In this document: positions 1 to 11,667 of the stretch, in pieces
How the letters are laid out: the number at the start of each line of letters is the position of its first letter
How positions within the stretch are numbered: position 1 is the first letter of the stretch
The notes under the pieces: model-generated
Database searches by the model: none
What the model was told of the DNA's origin: nothing
Seen by the model: the letters and a program-made list of their open reading frames with translations, nothing else
Assembly: GCA_024704765.1 (NCBI GenBank)
Contig: JAKMXF010000099.1
Coordinates: 129,556-193,555, forward strand
Source: Oopsacas minuta
Lineage: Eukaryota > Animalia > Porifera
Direction: 5' to 3'
DNA: 64,000 nt
Made by a program: the position numbers and the translations under genes

Positions 1-1890
1 AATCAGACGAGTGTGACACCGAACGTTTAGTATTTCAAATGCTCCAACAAGCACAACTATCTATGAAAAACAATGTGGAAATTGCGAATGTGAATTCAGC
101 TCATTTCAAAAGTATAATTAGTAGAATGATATTTAACTAAACTCTCAGACCAGCAATCGTCAATGAACCAAAAGATATGAATAATGAAATACTAATAATG
201 CCAAAGCAACATTATTATTGTCAGAATGCTGCATAAGAGTTGTTGAATCTATTTGTGATAACTAACAGGGAACCTTTGGAGAACTCTTTCGTATAATAAG
301 AACTACTTACCAGATAAGGTACAACAAAATATTGAGCCTAAACTATTTGTAAAAGTTTTGTATTGATCGATATTTGATCTATTACTAAGCTTTACAGCTG
401 TTTTGACTTGGTATTATCTTTCCACACACCTAGTTTAACAAAATCGGTTGAGGTTAGTGAAAAGACTTGATGACTTGATGACTTGACATGGGATTGCCCG
501 TATTTATGTACTTTTTCTTTCTTTCTTTCTATATTTATTGACTTATTTAGGTCTTTCTAATCTCCCTAAATATCAGTGAATTCTTCACAATCTCAGAGCA
601 AATTCTATGTCTAGATAGGTAAGGTAGTTGTCTATTTCATTAACTGCAATATTATTATTATTAATATAAAAATTACTATTATTATTACCATATGAATATT
701 ATTATTATTATTATCATTATTAATTTGTGCTTGTGTTACGTTTTATGCCAACGGGCTTCATCAGATATCATCGGCTCTAAATTTTTCAGATTAGTAAGCA
801 ACTGATCCATTTACATTAACATGATAATATTTCTATTTCATTAGAATAATGAAGGATTAATTGTGTTAAAAAGTGCGAAATATCACTGTAGGGTAGTGTC
901 CGGCCCCCGAAATAGGTCATAACGTTCGGGATATTTACAGAGTGTGGGATAAGCGCACTCCTCCTTCAATATGAAGAAGAGTGCTGAGGGGTCGAAAGTT
1001 TAGATTGATTACAACTGCACATGACCAATGAATGCGGCTTTATGAGTTTGTTGGTATTGATATGATAATACTCATATGTCCTTCAACATTGGAATAAAGA
1101 AATCTGAGAGATGAAAATATCAGGATCAAAATAGAATAAAACCACTCTAAACAGTGGAGGAATGTATTAACAAACGAGAAACGGCAAAACATAGTGTCAG
1201 GGCAAAGGATTACAGGACTGTAGGCAACCATGATGCAGAAAATAAGAATATTAGCAGGGAAGAAATATGAAAGAGAGTAACATATATCATCTTGAGGGAT
1301 TGAGAGCGTATTGGCATGGAAGAAATCGGAACAAAGAGCATATGCATCATCTGTAGCGATTGTGAGATTATTGTCACGGTAGAAAGATAGACAGAGAGTA
1401 ATATACATAATCGTATCATTAACTAAGAAGTTATATCATGTTCAATGCCCCTCCTCGCTGTGGCGTTGTGCTATATGTGACCGGGGGCCCGTGCCCTGCG
1501 AAAAGTCCCGGACTCCCACATCATTTCCAAGGGACCAGAAAAATGTCAATTTTCTGGGCTAATTCCAATTCAAACATTATTTCTTGCGATGTGCTTTGGT
1601 TCTGGACCTTACTGATTGTTTACAGTGCTCATAAACCCACATCCAGAACTTGTTGTACACTAGTTTGAATTTGTGCCCCCCCCCCCCGATTTCAAAGCCA
1701 CACAACACTACTGCTTCTACGCCACCGAACTCAAGAAGGCGGGAGGAAAGTAATTGAACTTCAGCATCCGGCAGAGCGTTCGTCATGCGTTGAATGGTAT
1801 TTATATTTATGCAATTATGACTATATATCAAGCCACTATTGTTGCACTGAATATCCAAGTAATAAGATATGGAAGTTGAATTTAGGGATA

Positions 1891-3847
1891 CAGTGAAACC
1901 CCGCGTATTGGGGCACCTTTTGCCAAGCAAAAAGTGCCCCGATAAGCGGGGTTCTAGGAAAATAGTTGTACACCCTTGTAAATATTACCGATTTAGAACA
2001 CAAACATCATCATGACACACTCTGAAATATGACTGATAATTACGCAGAATACTACACATTCTAAGTTCACTAGGAGACTGTTATGCTATCTAAAGACTAG
2101 TTTTCTTGAAGAAATCTTCAATGGTGGTTTGCGTCGCCTCCATGTGGGCCCTTTCCTCGATAATTTGCCTATACCATGCCAGGTTGAAGCCACCTCCCAG
2201 CACTTCATCATCTCCACGTCCAGCAGCGTACAGCTCGATTGTCTCAAGTGCTTGCAGCACCTGTTTGTTGTTAGGAATTTCTGCCACATCATCCTCTGTA
2301 GTAATAATCTCGGTAGGTGCAATAGCCTGAATTGAAACTTCTTCCAGCTGGTCTTTCAATTCAGTCACCACCTTGTCAAACAATTCTTCTGGCTCCACGA
2401 CGGGGGGGAATATCTCCATCTGTTCCTCCTCAGCAGAGAGCAGAGTCTCTGCCTCCGTTTCCAGTAGGGGTGTCTGTTGTGGCTCTACTATATCCCCTGC
2501 TTTAGAGAAGCCACAGTGGGAGAAGCACTTCACGATAGTTGCCGGTTTGAGGTCGCGCCAAGCTCTAAAAAGCCACACAATCACTCTTGCTAGATTGATT
2601 TCCTTGTACGGGTCTACTTTCCCACATTCATGAGTGAGAGCACTGAGAATAAAATTGTGCAGCTGCTTCCGATAGAGAAGCTTTACAGTCTGGATGATAC
2701 CAGCGTCACACGGCTGGGTGCTGCAAGTAGTGTTCTTGGGGAAGAACACAACCTTCACAGCCCTGAATTCCATTTGTTCTACAATGTTGTGAACAGTTGC
2801 GTTGTCCATAAATAGCAGAACCTTGCGGCCAGCTTGATACATTAGGCTTTCAAATTCATTAATCCACCAGGAAAAGATGTCTCCGTTCATCCACGAACTT
2901 TTCTGTGATTTGTAGGAAATTGACATGTTCTCAAGATCGACACTACGAAGGCACCTTGGCCTGGTAGATTTACCGATGATGAGTGGTTTCACTTTTTCAC
3001 CCATCCAAGAGCAGCATATTAGTAAAGTTAACCGCTCCTTCTGAGCCTTACCGCCATGACAGGCATCACCGGGCATTACAAGAGAAAGTGATGTAGTCTG
3101 TTTGTAGTAAAGCCCCGTTTCATCGCAATTAAAGATGTTTTTCGGGTCGTATCCTTCTATCAGCTCTGGGATCTGCTCCATCCAGTTCATCACCACTACT
3201 TTGTTGGCCGATGCCGCCTCGCCACTAAGGTGCCTTCCATGAATCCCATGACGTCTCTTTACTCGATCAAGCCAACCTTCAGAAGCAGAGAACCCTTGGA
3301 TGTTGCAGTTCTCAGCCTCACGGAGGGCAAGAGTGCGCAGCATTGGACCTGTTACCGGTATTCCATGCTCTTTGGCTCTCTCAAGAAAAAGGACGCATGC
3401 ATTCTCGATTTCGCAGTACTTTGGCGCTATGTCCACAAGCTTTCTCCTTTTGAGGTTGTTTGGAATGTTTCCCTGAACATCCTTGAGATTCTCGATCTTG
3501 TCACGCTGATCTCTAAGGATTCTCCCGACCTGACCTTTGCTACTTCCAACCTGCAAGGCGATTTGCCTCTCGGATTTGCCTGCCTTGCTGAGTTCAATTA
3601 CTTCAGCACGAGTCTCTATTGGGAGTGGATGACGCTTAGCCGCCATTGTACGTATATAAATACTAAGTTTTCAGGCACAAATATATGTTCAATAAGGAAA
3701 CAAACTCTATTCGAGGTGCCCCGATACGCGAATGCCGCCCCGATACGCGGGGTTGATTTTAATTGAAGAATAACAAATTTCCATCCTACTGCCCCGATAA
3801 GAGGGGTGCCCCGATACGCGCCTGCCCCGATATGCGGGGTTCCACTG
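1891..3847 (-). mobile_element. pogo/Tigger DNA transposon, full length (1957 bp)
   Basis: TIRs CAGTGAAACCCCGCGTATTGGGGCA (1891) and rc CAGTGGAACCCCGCATATCGGGGCA (3847), 22/25 identical. TA TSDs at 1889-1890 and 3848-3849. Repeated subterminal GCCCCGATA motifs. Single transposase ORF. Confidence 0.95.
2090..3646 (-). CDS. Tigger/CENP-B-like transposase, 518 aa, uninterrupted (HTH + CENP-B HTH + DDE_1, DD32D)
   Basis: Motifs ASEGWLDRVKRRHGI, IFNCDETGLYYK, LLFMDNATVH and QPCDAGII. There are 32 residues between the second and third catalytic D. No stops or frameshifts. Confidence 0.93.
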   Translation of the reverse strand: MAAKRHPLPIETRAEVIELSKAGKSERQIALQVGSSKGQVGRILRDQRDKIENLKDVQGNIPNNLKRRKLVDIAPKYCEIENACVLFLERAKEHGIPVTGPMLRTLALREAENCNIQGFSASEGWLDRVKRRHGIHGRHLSGEAASANKVVVMNWMEQIPELIEGYDPKNIFNCDETGLYYKQTTSLSLVMPGDACHGGKAQKERLTLLICCSWMGEKVKPLIIGKSTRPRCLRSVDLENMSISYKSQKSSWMNGDIFSWWINEFESLMYQAGRKVLLFMDNATVHNIVEQMEFRAVKVVFFPKNTTCSTQPCDAGIIQTVKLLYRKQLHNFILSALTHECGKVDPYKEINLARVIVWLFRAWRDLKPATIVKCFSHCGFSKAGDIVEPQQTPLLETEAETLLSAEEEQMEIFPPVVEPEELFDKVVTELKDQLEEVSIQAIAPTEIITTEDDVAEIPNNKQVLQALETIELYAAGRGDDEVLGGGFNLAWYRQIIEERAHMEATQTTIEDFFKKTSL

Positions 3848-4199
3848 TATAGCCTTACATTAATGAATGATAAAATACAACCATATTTTGTCTGACATAA
3901 AATTTGTAGTAGAAATCTGGTGCATGTGGTTAATTAATATGTTCGGTTGGAACTTTGGACAATGGAGCATATCCCTAACATATATTTTGCGTTGCCGAAT
4001 AGGAAATGTCCTAAAATTTAAATTTCAATAATAAAATTGACTTGATAAATAGATTATTGATTAAATTGGTCGTTAAAAACTAGATCAAACGAAAAATAGC
4101 CTTTCCTAAATTTACTTTTGAAAGAAATTGTTGTACTTCCTACATTGATAGTCCTTAATAGTTTGTTAATCACCAGATATTAACTCAAAAATTTGGAAT

Positions 4200-4960
4200 T
4201 TCTTACTCAACAAATTAACACTTAACTAGTTTGACTCTTACTTATGCTAGAGCAAGCAGAGGGTAGTCCTACATAAAGAAGAGTTGAACCAAAGAATTAT
4301 AAATACTGGTGTACCACAAGGCTCGATTCTCGGGCACATTTATCCCTAATTTATCTCAATGAACTACCCCTTCATATCCATGAATCAAATTCGATGCCAT
4401 GCCCATAACTCAACTATCTAGCATCAGGCAAAACTGTGAACAAAGTGGACACGGTGCTTCAATCAAACTTTGACAATATATACTTACTGTGTTAATCAAA
4501 CCGGATGTTAATCAATCCACTTAAATCAAAGTCAATGATTTCTGCAACTGGTCAAATTTACGCTCGCTTATATTCAAGGCAACTCAAATTATCTATTGAG
4601 AGTTTTAATATCAAACCTCCAAACAGTTCCGAGGTTATTCTTGGTATAACTTGGACCAACACCTAAACTGGAAACTGGAACAATCTTATTAGAAAATTTA
4701 TAGAAAACTAAGCGTAGTGTTATCAGTTTTTAGGAGGATCAGATCAAATCCTCCAGTTTTTGCCAGAGTTAGCTATTGCAATGTATCCTTGTTCCCTACA
4801 CCGATTACGGAAATTTTTCTGGGGAAATACTGATATCTGTAAGCTGATCTAACTACAAAAGAGGCCAGCAATGATGGTATATAATATACCCCCTAGAAAC
4901 CTACTAAAACACGATTTGGACAATTGGGGTGGCATACCCTGACAGAGATAGTGAGTAAAG
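4200..4960 (+). pseudogene. Degraded non-LTR (CR1/L2-like) reverse transcriptase fragment
   Basis: TGVPQGSILG at ~4307, followed by IYLNELP and NRMLINPLKSKSM-like segments. Many stops and frameshifts. Boundaries approximate. Confidence 0.7.
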
Positions 4961-5439
4961 TACGTTGAAATGTTCTCTAATAGAATCTTGTTTCCATACT
5001 GTAGGGCTAATTGTTTTATCGTTAACGACTTTCTCTTTTTGCTGGTTTTGTCATAGCTTCAGCATATGTTTCAGGTAATCCAGTTTGGATAAGCCTTCTT
5101 CAGAAACGCCGCCACCGCGGCTGTGTCCTTGCATATTGCTTCTATCCTGGGTGCGATATTCCAGTGGTTTATTAGGTAGGGACAAAATGCCCCCGGTCGG
5201 GCCATTCCTTACAAATTTAACTGTTAGTTTTCCTAAGATGTGCCATAACTCAGGAGTTTGCTGCAGTATGCTGTTCTCAGCTGTCTGAGGACCACCAAGT
5301 ATCAAAGCTATCATCAAGAAAGAAATAGACCCACCGTGAGCCAACCATCCCTCCAAGAGGTAAACAGAACCAGGATCGACTGCATGAATGAGAAAGAGAT
5401 GACAAGGAAGAAGCAGGTGAAAGGGATTTCATTCCACTT

Positions 5440-7090
5440 TGAAGTAGCATGCTCTGATCCAATGATCATTTTGTGCGGGATTCCCAGTTTTATCAAATAG
5501 TGTATGAGTCCTATTCTACATACCATGTAGAATAGGACTCATGCACTATTTGATAAAACTCCTTACTAAATCCAGGAGTGCAAGCACAGTTCTTACATAG
5601 AGTTTACTTGAAAACCATTATGTAATTGTTGGGACAGTGTGATGGTTTGGTCTTTAGCAAAGTGAATTACCCTGAATCAGGCTTTGTGTGGGCCTAGTGT
5701 ATTGTCCTTGTCAAGTATGTGTATTAGTCTAGCGGCAACCATTCTCTCCATGACCTTTTCCAGACATTATGTTAGGCTGACAGGTCGAGACGATTCGAAA
5801 TTAATTCGAAATGCCCTTCATCACATAGTTGCTGTTTATGCATGATTCCAGCTTGAGTTAATGATCTTCAGGAGTCTGTCTCTACCTACACCTGGGAGGT
5901 TGGCGATGAGTCGTACTATTTATCTGGCCCACTAGGCTTGTTAACCTTGAGTTACTGATGGCTCTTTCTCTATGCTTGTAAAGCCACTGCTTTCCATTCC
6001 GTCTACGTTAGGGATTCGTATTTGATTGGCAGTTCTCTTTGAGCAGGGCCCTGTCTTCTTTGTACCGTTTCAGTGAGTTGATACTTGCGTAATGTGCTAC
6101 GAATGCATTTACCTTACTGCTGTCAGTTATTCTCTGTTTGTTGTCTTGTCACATTATATTTCTGGGTTTTCATTGCCTTTTGAACTCAAGTTTACTACTT
6201 AAATGAGTTTCCATGTTTTCATACAGTTGCTTCGCAGGTCCATTTCTCCAATTTGTTTTCTCCATAATCTATGCTTTGTCTCCATTATGGTGTTGTTTAG
6301 ATTGATAGACAGGTTTTAATTTAATGAAGGTTATGCTTACCTATTTCCATAAGTGCTGCTATTGCAGTAGGGCCCTCGATCACAATTACCAAGTTACCAA
6401 GCACAAATAGTATAGGTCCAAATTATTATTTACAAAATCCCAAAACAGGAAATAACTAAAGGTTTACAGGGGAACGGTTTGAAATAACGATTTTACATCA
6501 AGTGAATTCTGTATATACAGTTTTACCCAGACCTTTAAGTGATTGAAAAGATTCGGCCCGATTAATTTCAAAGAATTTCTGGTTGAATTTGTTCGAACTG
6601 AGCTCAAATAGATGCCCACGTGCTGTTTGTCTTGTGCACCATTGATATCGGTTTGCGTTCTGGCTCAGCTTGTGTATCGGTTGGGGCTTTGGCTCAAGTT
6701 TTACTGGACTGATTCCTTGAGTAATCTACCTTGCCCTATATGTTTGTTTAGTCTAGTCATTGTGCTAATAGCTTTCGCTCCGTTCTCCTTTGTTCTCCCC
6801 TCATCATTCACAGTTACCATTGATTATCTACCAGCCACTCTTCCATCTGAACGCCTCTTCTGTGTTTTGCGGTATACCAGTCCCATAGCGTGGAATGACA
6901 GTTGAGGTCTCCTGCCAGGATGACGTTGTTTCTATATGTCAGTTTTTCAATTGGTTTTCCATCATTTTGTTTTCTCTTCTGGAACTCCGTAAGAGGATGT
7001 ATTCATTGCATAGCTCCAAATTTTTCCTTTTTGATAACGCTAGCTCTATGCCTAACATCTCTATTATACCCTCTACCATCCTTATCTTTT
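5440..7090 (-). pseudogene. Degraded LINE ORF2 (APE endonuclease + RT N-terminal part; I/Jockey-like)
   Basis: Minus strand gives VILAGDLNCHSTLWD (APE, ~6890-6930), SRPVSLT*CLEKVMERMVAARL (~5740-5790), RTVLALLDL (~5570-5600) and RIGLIHYLIKLGIPHKMII (~5465-5520). Boundaries approximate. Confidence 0.75.
5486..5560. repeat. 75-bp near-perfect palindrome (36-bp arms, 3-nt loop)
   Basis: agttttatcaaatagtgtatgagtcctattctacat-acc-atgtagaataggactcatgcactatttgataaaact. One T:G mismatch. Confidence 0.97.
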
Positions 7091-8920
7091 AATTTCTAAA
7101 CGAAACAGTTTTATGTATGTGACCAACTCTCCACCTTCCTATGATCATCATTTCGTGCTCAGCTCGCGGTCTTTTACTGTACAGTACCCAGGATGTACTG
7201 GAAATCTTATCGACTTATTCTCGGTTATTGTATGTATATGATAAACCAGATGAAGGTAAACTAGCTTATAATTAGGGGGATAATCTGTCATCTAATTTAA
7301 CGTATTTCTCTCCATCATTCTATCTTTCTATTCACTGGCAACTTTATGCATTTTGACAGAGACACAGGTTACAGTTTAAGAAAATGTACAGTGTTCCCAG
7401 TAAATTGACATTGGATAACTCATTATCTGGTACAGTTAATTAATTAGCCATTAAGTGAAGTTACTAGACTATCTAAAATCCAAATATATCATCAACTTTA
7501 CAACATAAAACCTTGTCATATTAGCATAATATGCATTTTGACGATAAATTTTGCATTTATAGTGATTGTGTTTCTCCTCAAAACAAATGATAACATCATG
7601 TATTAGTAATAAATTTGTGAAATATATAAATAAATTTCGAAGGCTTCAGGGAACGATCTAGCAACTGAAGGCAAATTTTATTCAAGGTTTGGCATTTATC
7701 TACGCTATGCAAGGCCTATCCACCAACTAAATTTCCTGTACCATGGATTAAACGGAGTCCATATATTCATTTAGGGAATTCTATTTGTTAAAGTACAATC
7801 AGAATTGTACCCTCTTCAGTATTAAATGTATTAGTGATATTTTATAATATACATAATCTACAAAACTTTTGATAACGAAATAAGTCATCTATTTGCTTGC
7901 GTTCCAGAGGTATAGTAGTGACCATGGATGACATATTTTGCAAATATTCGTCAATAACTTAACCTCCAATGTCAGGGCTTACTCGTCCTACCAACATATT
8001 GTATATACCTAACTTCCCATACCCTGATATTATATTTTGATATGGCATCTCCAAATTATATTTCGCAGTCATCGATAAAACCATATATGCTAATTTTCAA
8101 GATTGCTTCGTAATCGTAAGAGATATAGACATAAGGAAAATTTTTGAAATCATATGCACAACTATAAGTCAGTACAAGTATACATACTATACACGCCGAA
8201 TTTGAACGATCAAGGTATACCAAGTCAACCATTTGATAACTGAGCCACTATGACCCAACCTGTAGTATAGCTGACACAGTACATCTATTAAAGGCGCATA
8301 TAGATTTCTTAGACCATACAATCGTATGGTCGTTGGTCTATTATTTGTGCCTTTTTGATACTTGGAATTTATCGGATTTTTATGGGTCAAACCTGAACAG
8401 TATTTCTTCTATTCTTCAATATCCATATATGCTTAGCTAGGGCACAGTGGCTTAGTAGTAGAGAATTAAGAAATTTTTTATAGTAATGCTTTCATTCCTT
8501 TATGGTTTCTTTGTGTTTCTAAACATTCAAGTAGCATCCATTCCAATTTTCGAATCATTTGGTGGCCTATTAGTTATGTAAATTTGAATCGAAACTTTGT
8601 GGTTTTTGATGTTGAAATTATCGTTTCGGAGAATTCAAAATATAAAAGATTTTCACAAAGATTCTGATTCTTTATAGAATGTATTAGCGATCTATTGTTT
8701 CATCTATTCTAGACAATTTTGCATGCTGATTTCTAATTTTGTATCAGATATATTCTAAACTGTGTACTTTTCATGTGAAGGGTTGTTGTACTCAGGGTAA
8801 AAATGAATCCCATTTTCCATCGATAAAATTTTGAAAGTGTCTGACAAAAAAAGTCAAGGAACGTCAAAGCGAAAATAATACCAGTTGTTGTTTACAATTT
8901 ATGCGATGTTATATGAAGAT

Positions 8921-8997
8921 GACAGGCCCCGAAACAATGCGCAACTTTGATTTTTTGGTCACATTCCATTGTCTGTAATCGTTGCTATGGAAATTCC
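8921..8997 (+). promoter_or_regulatory. Putative transposase promoter block conserved with copy B (15094-15170, minus)
   Basis: Gap-free alignment with copy B. Shared blocks CCCGAAACAwTGCGyAAC, ACATTCCATT (TEAD/M-CAT-like) and TCGTTGCTAkGrAAAT (RFX X-box-like). Function is inferred. Confidence 0.5.
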
Positions 8998-9155
8998 TAA
9001 AGTGATATCTGCAACTATGTAATTGAATACCCGTCTAATCCTAATTCTTCTTGGAAATTACTGCACAAAATTAAACATATAACGTGTATATATACGTGTA
9101 CTTATGTTTTCAATCATACACCCTTATTTTCTCATAGATAGTTTACCCGTGATCA

Positions 9156-11327
9156 ATGGCCGAACCAATTACTCCGATGACTTCCCCCGAATCCCGTCTC
9201 GATTTAGCGAGAATCCTGAATTCAAATAGCAATTGCGTCCAAACAACTCTCTGTCATCTTAGCGATCTCCATGGATTAGACGATGCCAAGCAGCCTAAAC
9301 TTGAATTGATTCTACGTAGAATACGAGATATGATTAGAACTTCAAAAAAATCACTTTAATCTTTGCATGGAGATTGGTGGCATTCTGAAATTTGCTCAGA
9401 ATTATTTATAGCTTCACAAGCCCCCCAAAAAACTAAGTCGGTGCGCCAAAAGGAAGAACTTATCAATCTTTCATTGCAACATCAGCCTTTCCCGATCTCT
9501 AGTGTCCTTGAGTCTATCAGATCCATTTCGGTAATCGAAAAAACTTCTGAAATTACAATTGCAGCTCTTGCTTTGCAATTGTTGTGCAATGAAGAAGACA
9601 ATCGAGAAGTTGCAAGGGTATCTAAATCAATTGTGTAGGGAAAATTCTCTGGTCAATTCGGGCGTGCATCTAAAAGCAAAGAATTGGATGTGGACAAGGC
9701 ATTATTTCTTTTGGATCTACTAGAGATTGGCAAGAGGAAGTATACTCTACTACGACAACTTTTGTTATCAAATGAAATTCACTTTCCTACATATCAGAGA
9801 GTGGCCGATCATAGAAATAATTTAGTACTACGAAGTATGATTCAACTATACCCGAATCCTACAGCCCCAGTTGGTGTGTGTGTGCCATACGCTCAATTTG
9901 TCTACCATACATTTTGTAGAATTATGTCCACTCTACCGTCCCCTTCAAATGAGGATTTTCCTCTTCGATTTCAGATTGCTGATGGCTTAGATGGATCTAG
10001 AAAGCATACCGTATATAATCAACTAAATACGAATACGTCTACCAAATCATTCATCTTATTTTGCTTCAAAGCAATACACATTGTCAATTCTAGTGGAAAG
10101 GAACTTTGGAAAAACAACTGCCCGAATTCTCCATTCTCCCAACGTCCAATTTTCCTTCTTGCTGCCACAGAAAATCATGACAATATTCACCAATTTATGA
10201 AAGATATCATCAATCCCGAAACTGATCAAATGAAGGACCAAGGTTTCTATTTTGCCGATGATAAACATATATTTGTCGATGTTGTCCGATCAATGCTTGA
10301 TGGTAAAATGGCAAGTATTCTCTCAGGAGCAGGAGGTGCGAGTTGCCAACTATGTACTGCAACGCAGAAAGAACTAAAAGATCGTGATTTAATTTTGCAA
10401 GGCTATCCCATCAATAGAAACATTTCAGACGCAATTCAATTATTTGGAGAACTGGAAGACATTGATGCTTTCTTTTCATTACCAACAAATCAAAGATTTA
10501 ACCTGACTCACCAACCATTATCAACAATAGATATTCTACCTGCTTCTCCCTTACATCCCTATACGTGCATTTTTAGATGGTTTAATTTACTTGTGTACCA
10601 CCTGAATTGTAACAAGCTCACATGGTCACCATCATCAAAAGAAATTAAAGACTCCATGGTGGATGTGCGAACCATAGTTCAAGAAGTAACAGGTCTAAGA
10701 ATTGACCAACCAGACCCCAAAGGAGGTACTACTTCCACTGGTGGTGTGGCTCGAAGAGCTTTTTCAAATGACTCCAAGTTTATTGAATGCGCAATGTCTT
10801 TGGTTAAGATTGATCATAGGGACTCACTTTGTAAATTGCACACACAATTATCTGTCATTCTGAGAATCATAAATTCAGACAGAAAAATCAATACAGAAAA
10901 ATTGGGTAACCTTTGTACAGACACCTATCTCCTTATTCTTCAATCCTTTCCCTGGGTGAACATTACACCGACTTTACATAAATTACTAGCCCATTCTGAA
11001 GAAATACTGAGAGAGATGAACTTTGGGTATGGATTGAAATGCTTTAGCGAAGAAGGATCCGAAGCCTGCAACAAATTAATCAGGAAATATATGGAACATC
11101 TAGCAAGGAAAACTTCCTTCAAGGATAATGTCATTGATATATTTGTCAGACTCTCATCTGAAAGCGATCCTGTGTTAATGAAATATCGATCGACAGTGGT
11201 GTGCGAAAAGTGCGGAGAACACGGTCATACCCGAAGAGCTAAGTGCTGTAGAGACAATGCAACAGATTTATTAGAATCATCTATTGATAATATCGTCAAG
11301 GGCCTTATTATTGATACGATATTGTAA
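9156..11327 (+). pseudogene. RAG1-core-like transposase (724 codons in one frame; two in-frame stops at 9357 and 9636)
   Basis: ORFs 9156, 9363 and 9684 share a frame. Motifs: IADGLDGS (D600-equivalent), MLDGK...SCQLC (D708 and ZnC2), ITPTLHKLLAH (ZnH2), SEEGSEACNKLIRK...LARK (E962) and C-terminal CEKCGEHGHTRRAKC. The true start codon is uncertain. Confidence 0.9.
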
Positions 11328-11502
11328 CAACGTAGTTTGCTGAATGTTAGTGAATAAATAATACAATAAAACATCCCTTAATATAAGTGCTTATTGTTTT
11401 TATCCAGAAATTGCTAGAATTGATATATATATTAGCAAAAAAGATATGAATAAATTCTAAAAACGCATTTAGAAGTATGAAGTACAAAAGCAAAATTGTG
11501 TA

Positions 11503-11667
11503 TGACGTCATTTCATAAAAATTATGAATAATTTTGTATTTCTAACAGTTATAATTGCTTCCATGGATATGATATATTATACCCAAATAATACAATTTAT
11601 AGGGCTAACATTGTTATACAATCAGATATTAAAGAAAAACAAAATTCAGCATAAAGCTATGACGTCA
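11503..11667. promoter_or_regulatory. Pair of TGACGTCA (CRE-type) palindromes in the 3' subterminal region of copy A
   Basis: TGACGTCA at 11503-11510 and 11660-11667. Copy B has equivalents at 12675-12682 and 12515-12522. Confidence 0.55.

Noticed and set aside
1-460. Penelope-like RT remnant (minus strand FWFIDDCW)
   Set aside because: Only one weak motif, not enough to support a call.
955-1010. Hammerhead-ribozyme-like TGAAGA...CGAAA
   Set aside because: The core lacks the conserved C3, and I could not build convincing stems I-III by eye. An Infernal or RNAmotif search would decide.
3230-3766. Long antisense ORFs overlapping transposases (e.g. 3230-3766, 14666-15025, 32687-33043)
   Set aside because: These are shadow ORFs of the real opposite-strand coding sequence, with no domain signatures.
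8190-8440. Gypsy RT/RNase H junction remnant (LSHYDP) as the target of copy A
   Set aside because: A single short motif with no LTRs or further domains recognised.
9357-9638. Stop-codon readthrough or an alternative genetic code rescuing the transposases
   Set aside because: TAA, TAG and TGA all occur as lesions, at different positions in paralogues and alongside frameshifts. This is ordinary pseudogenisation.
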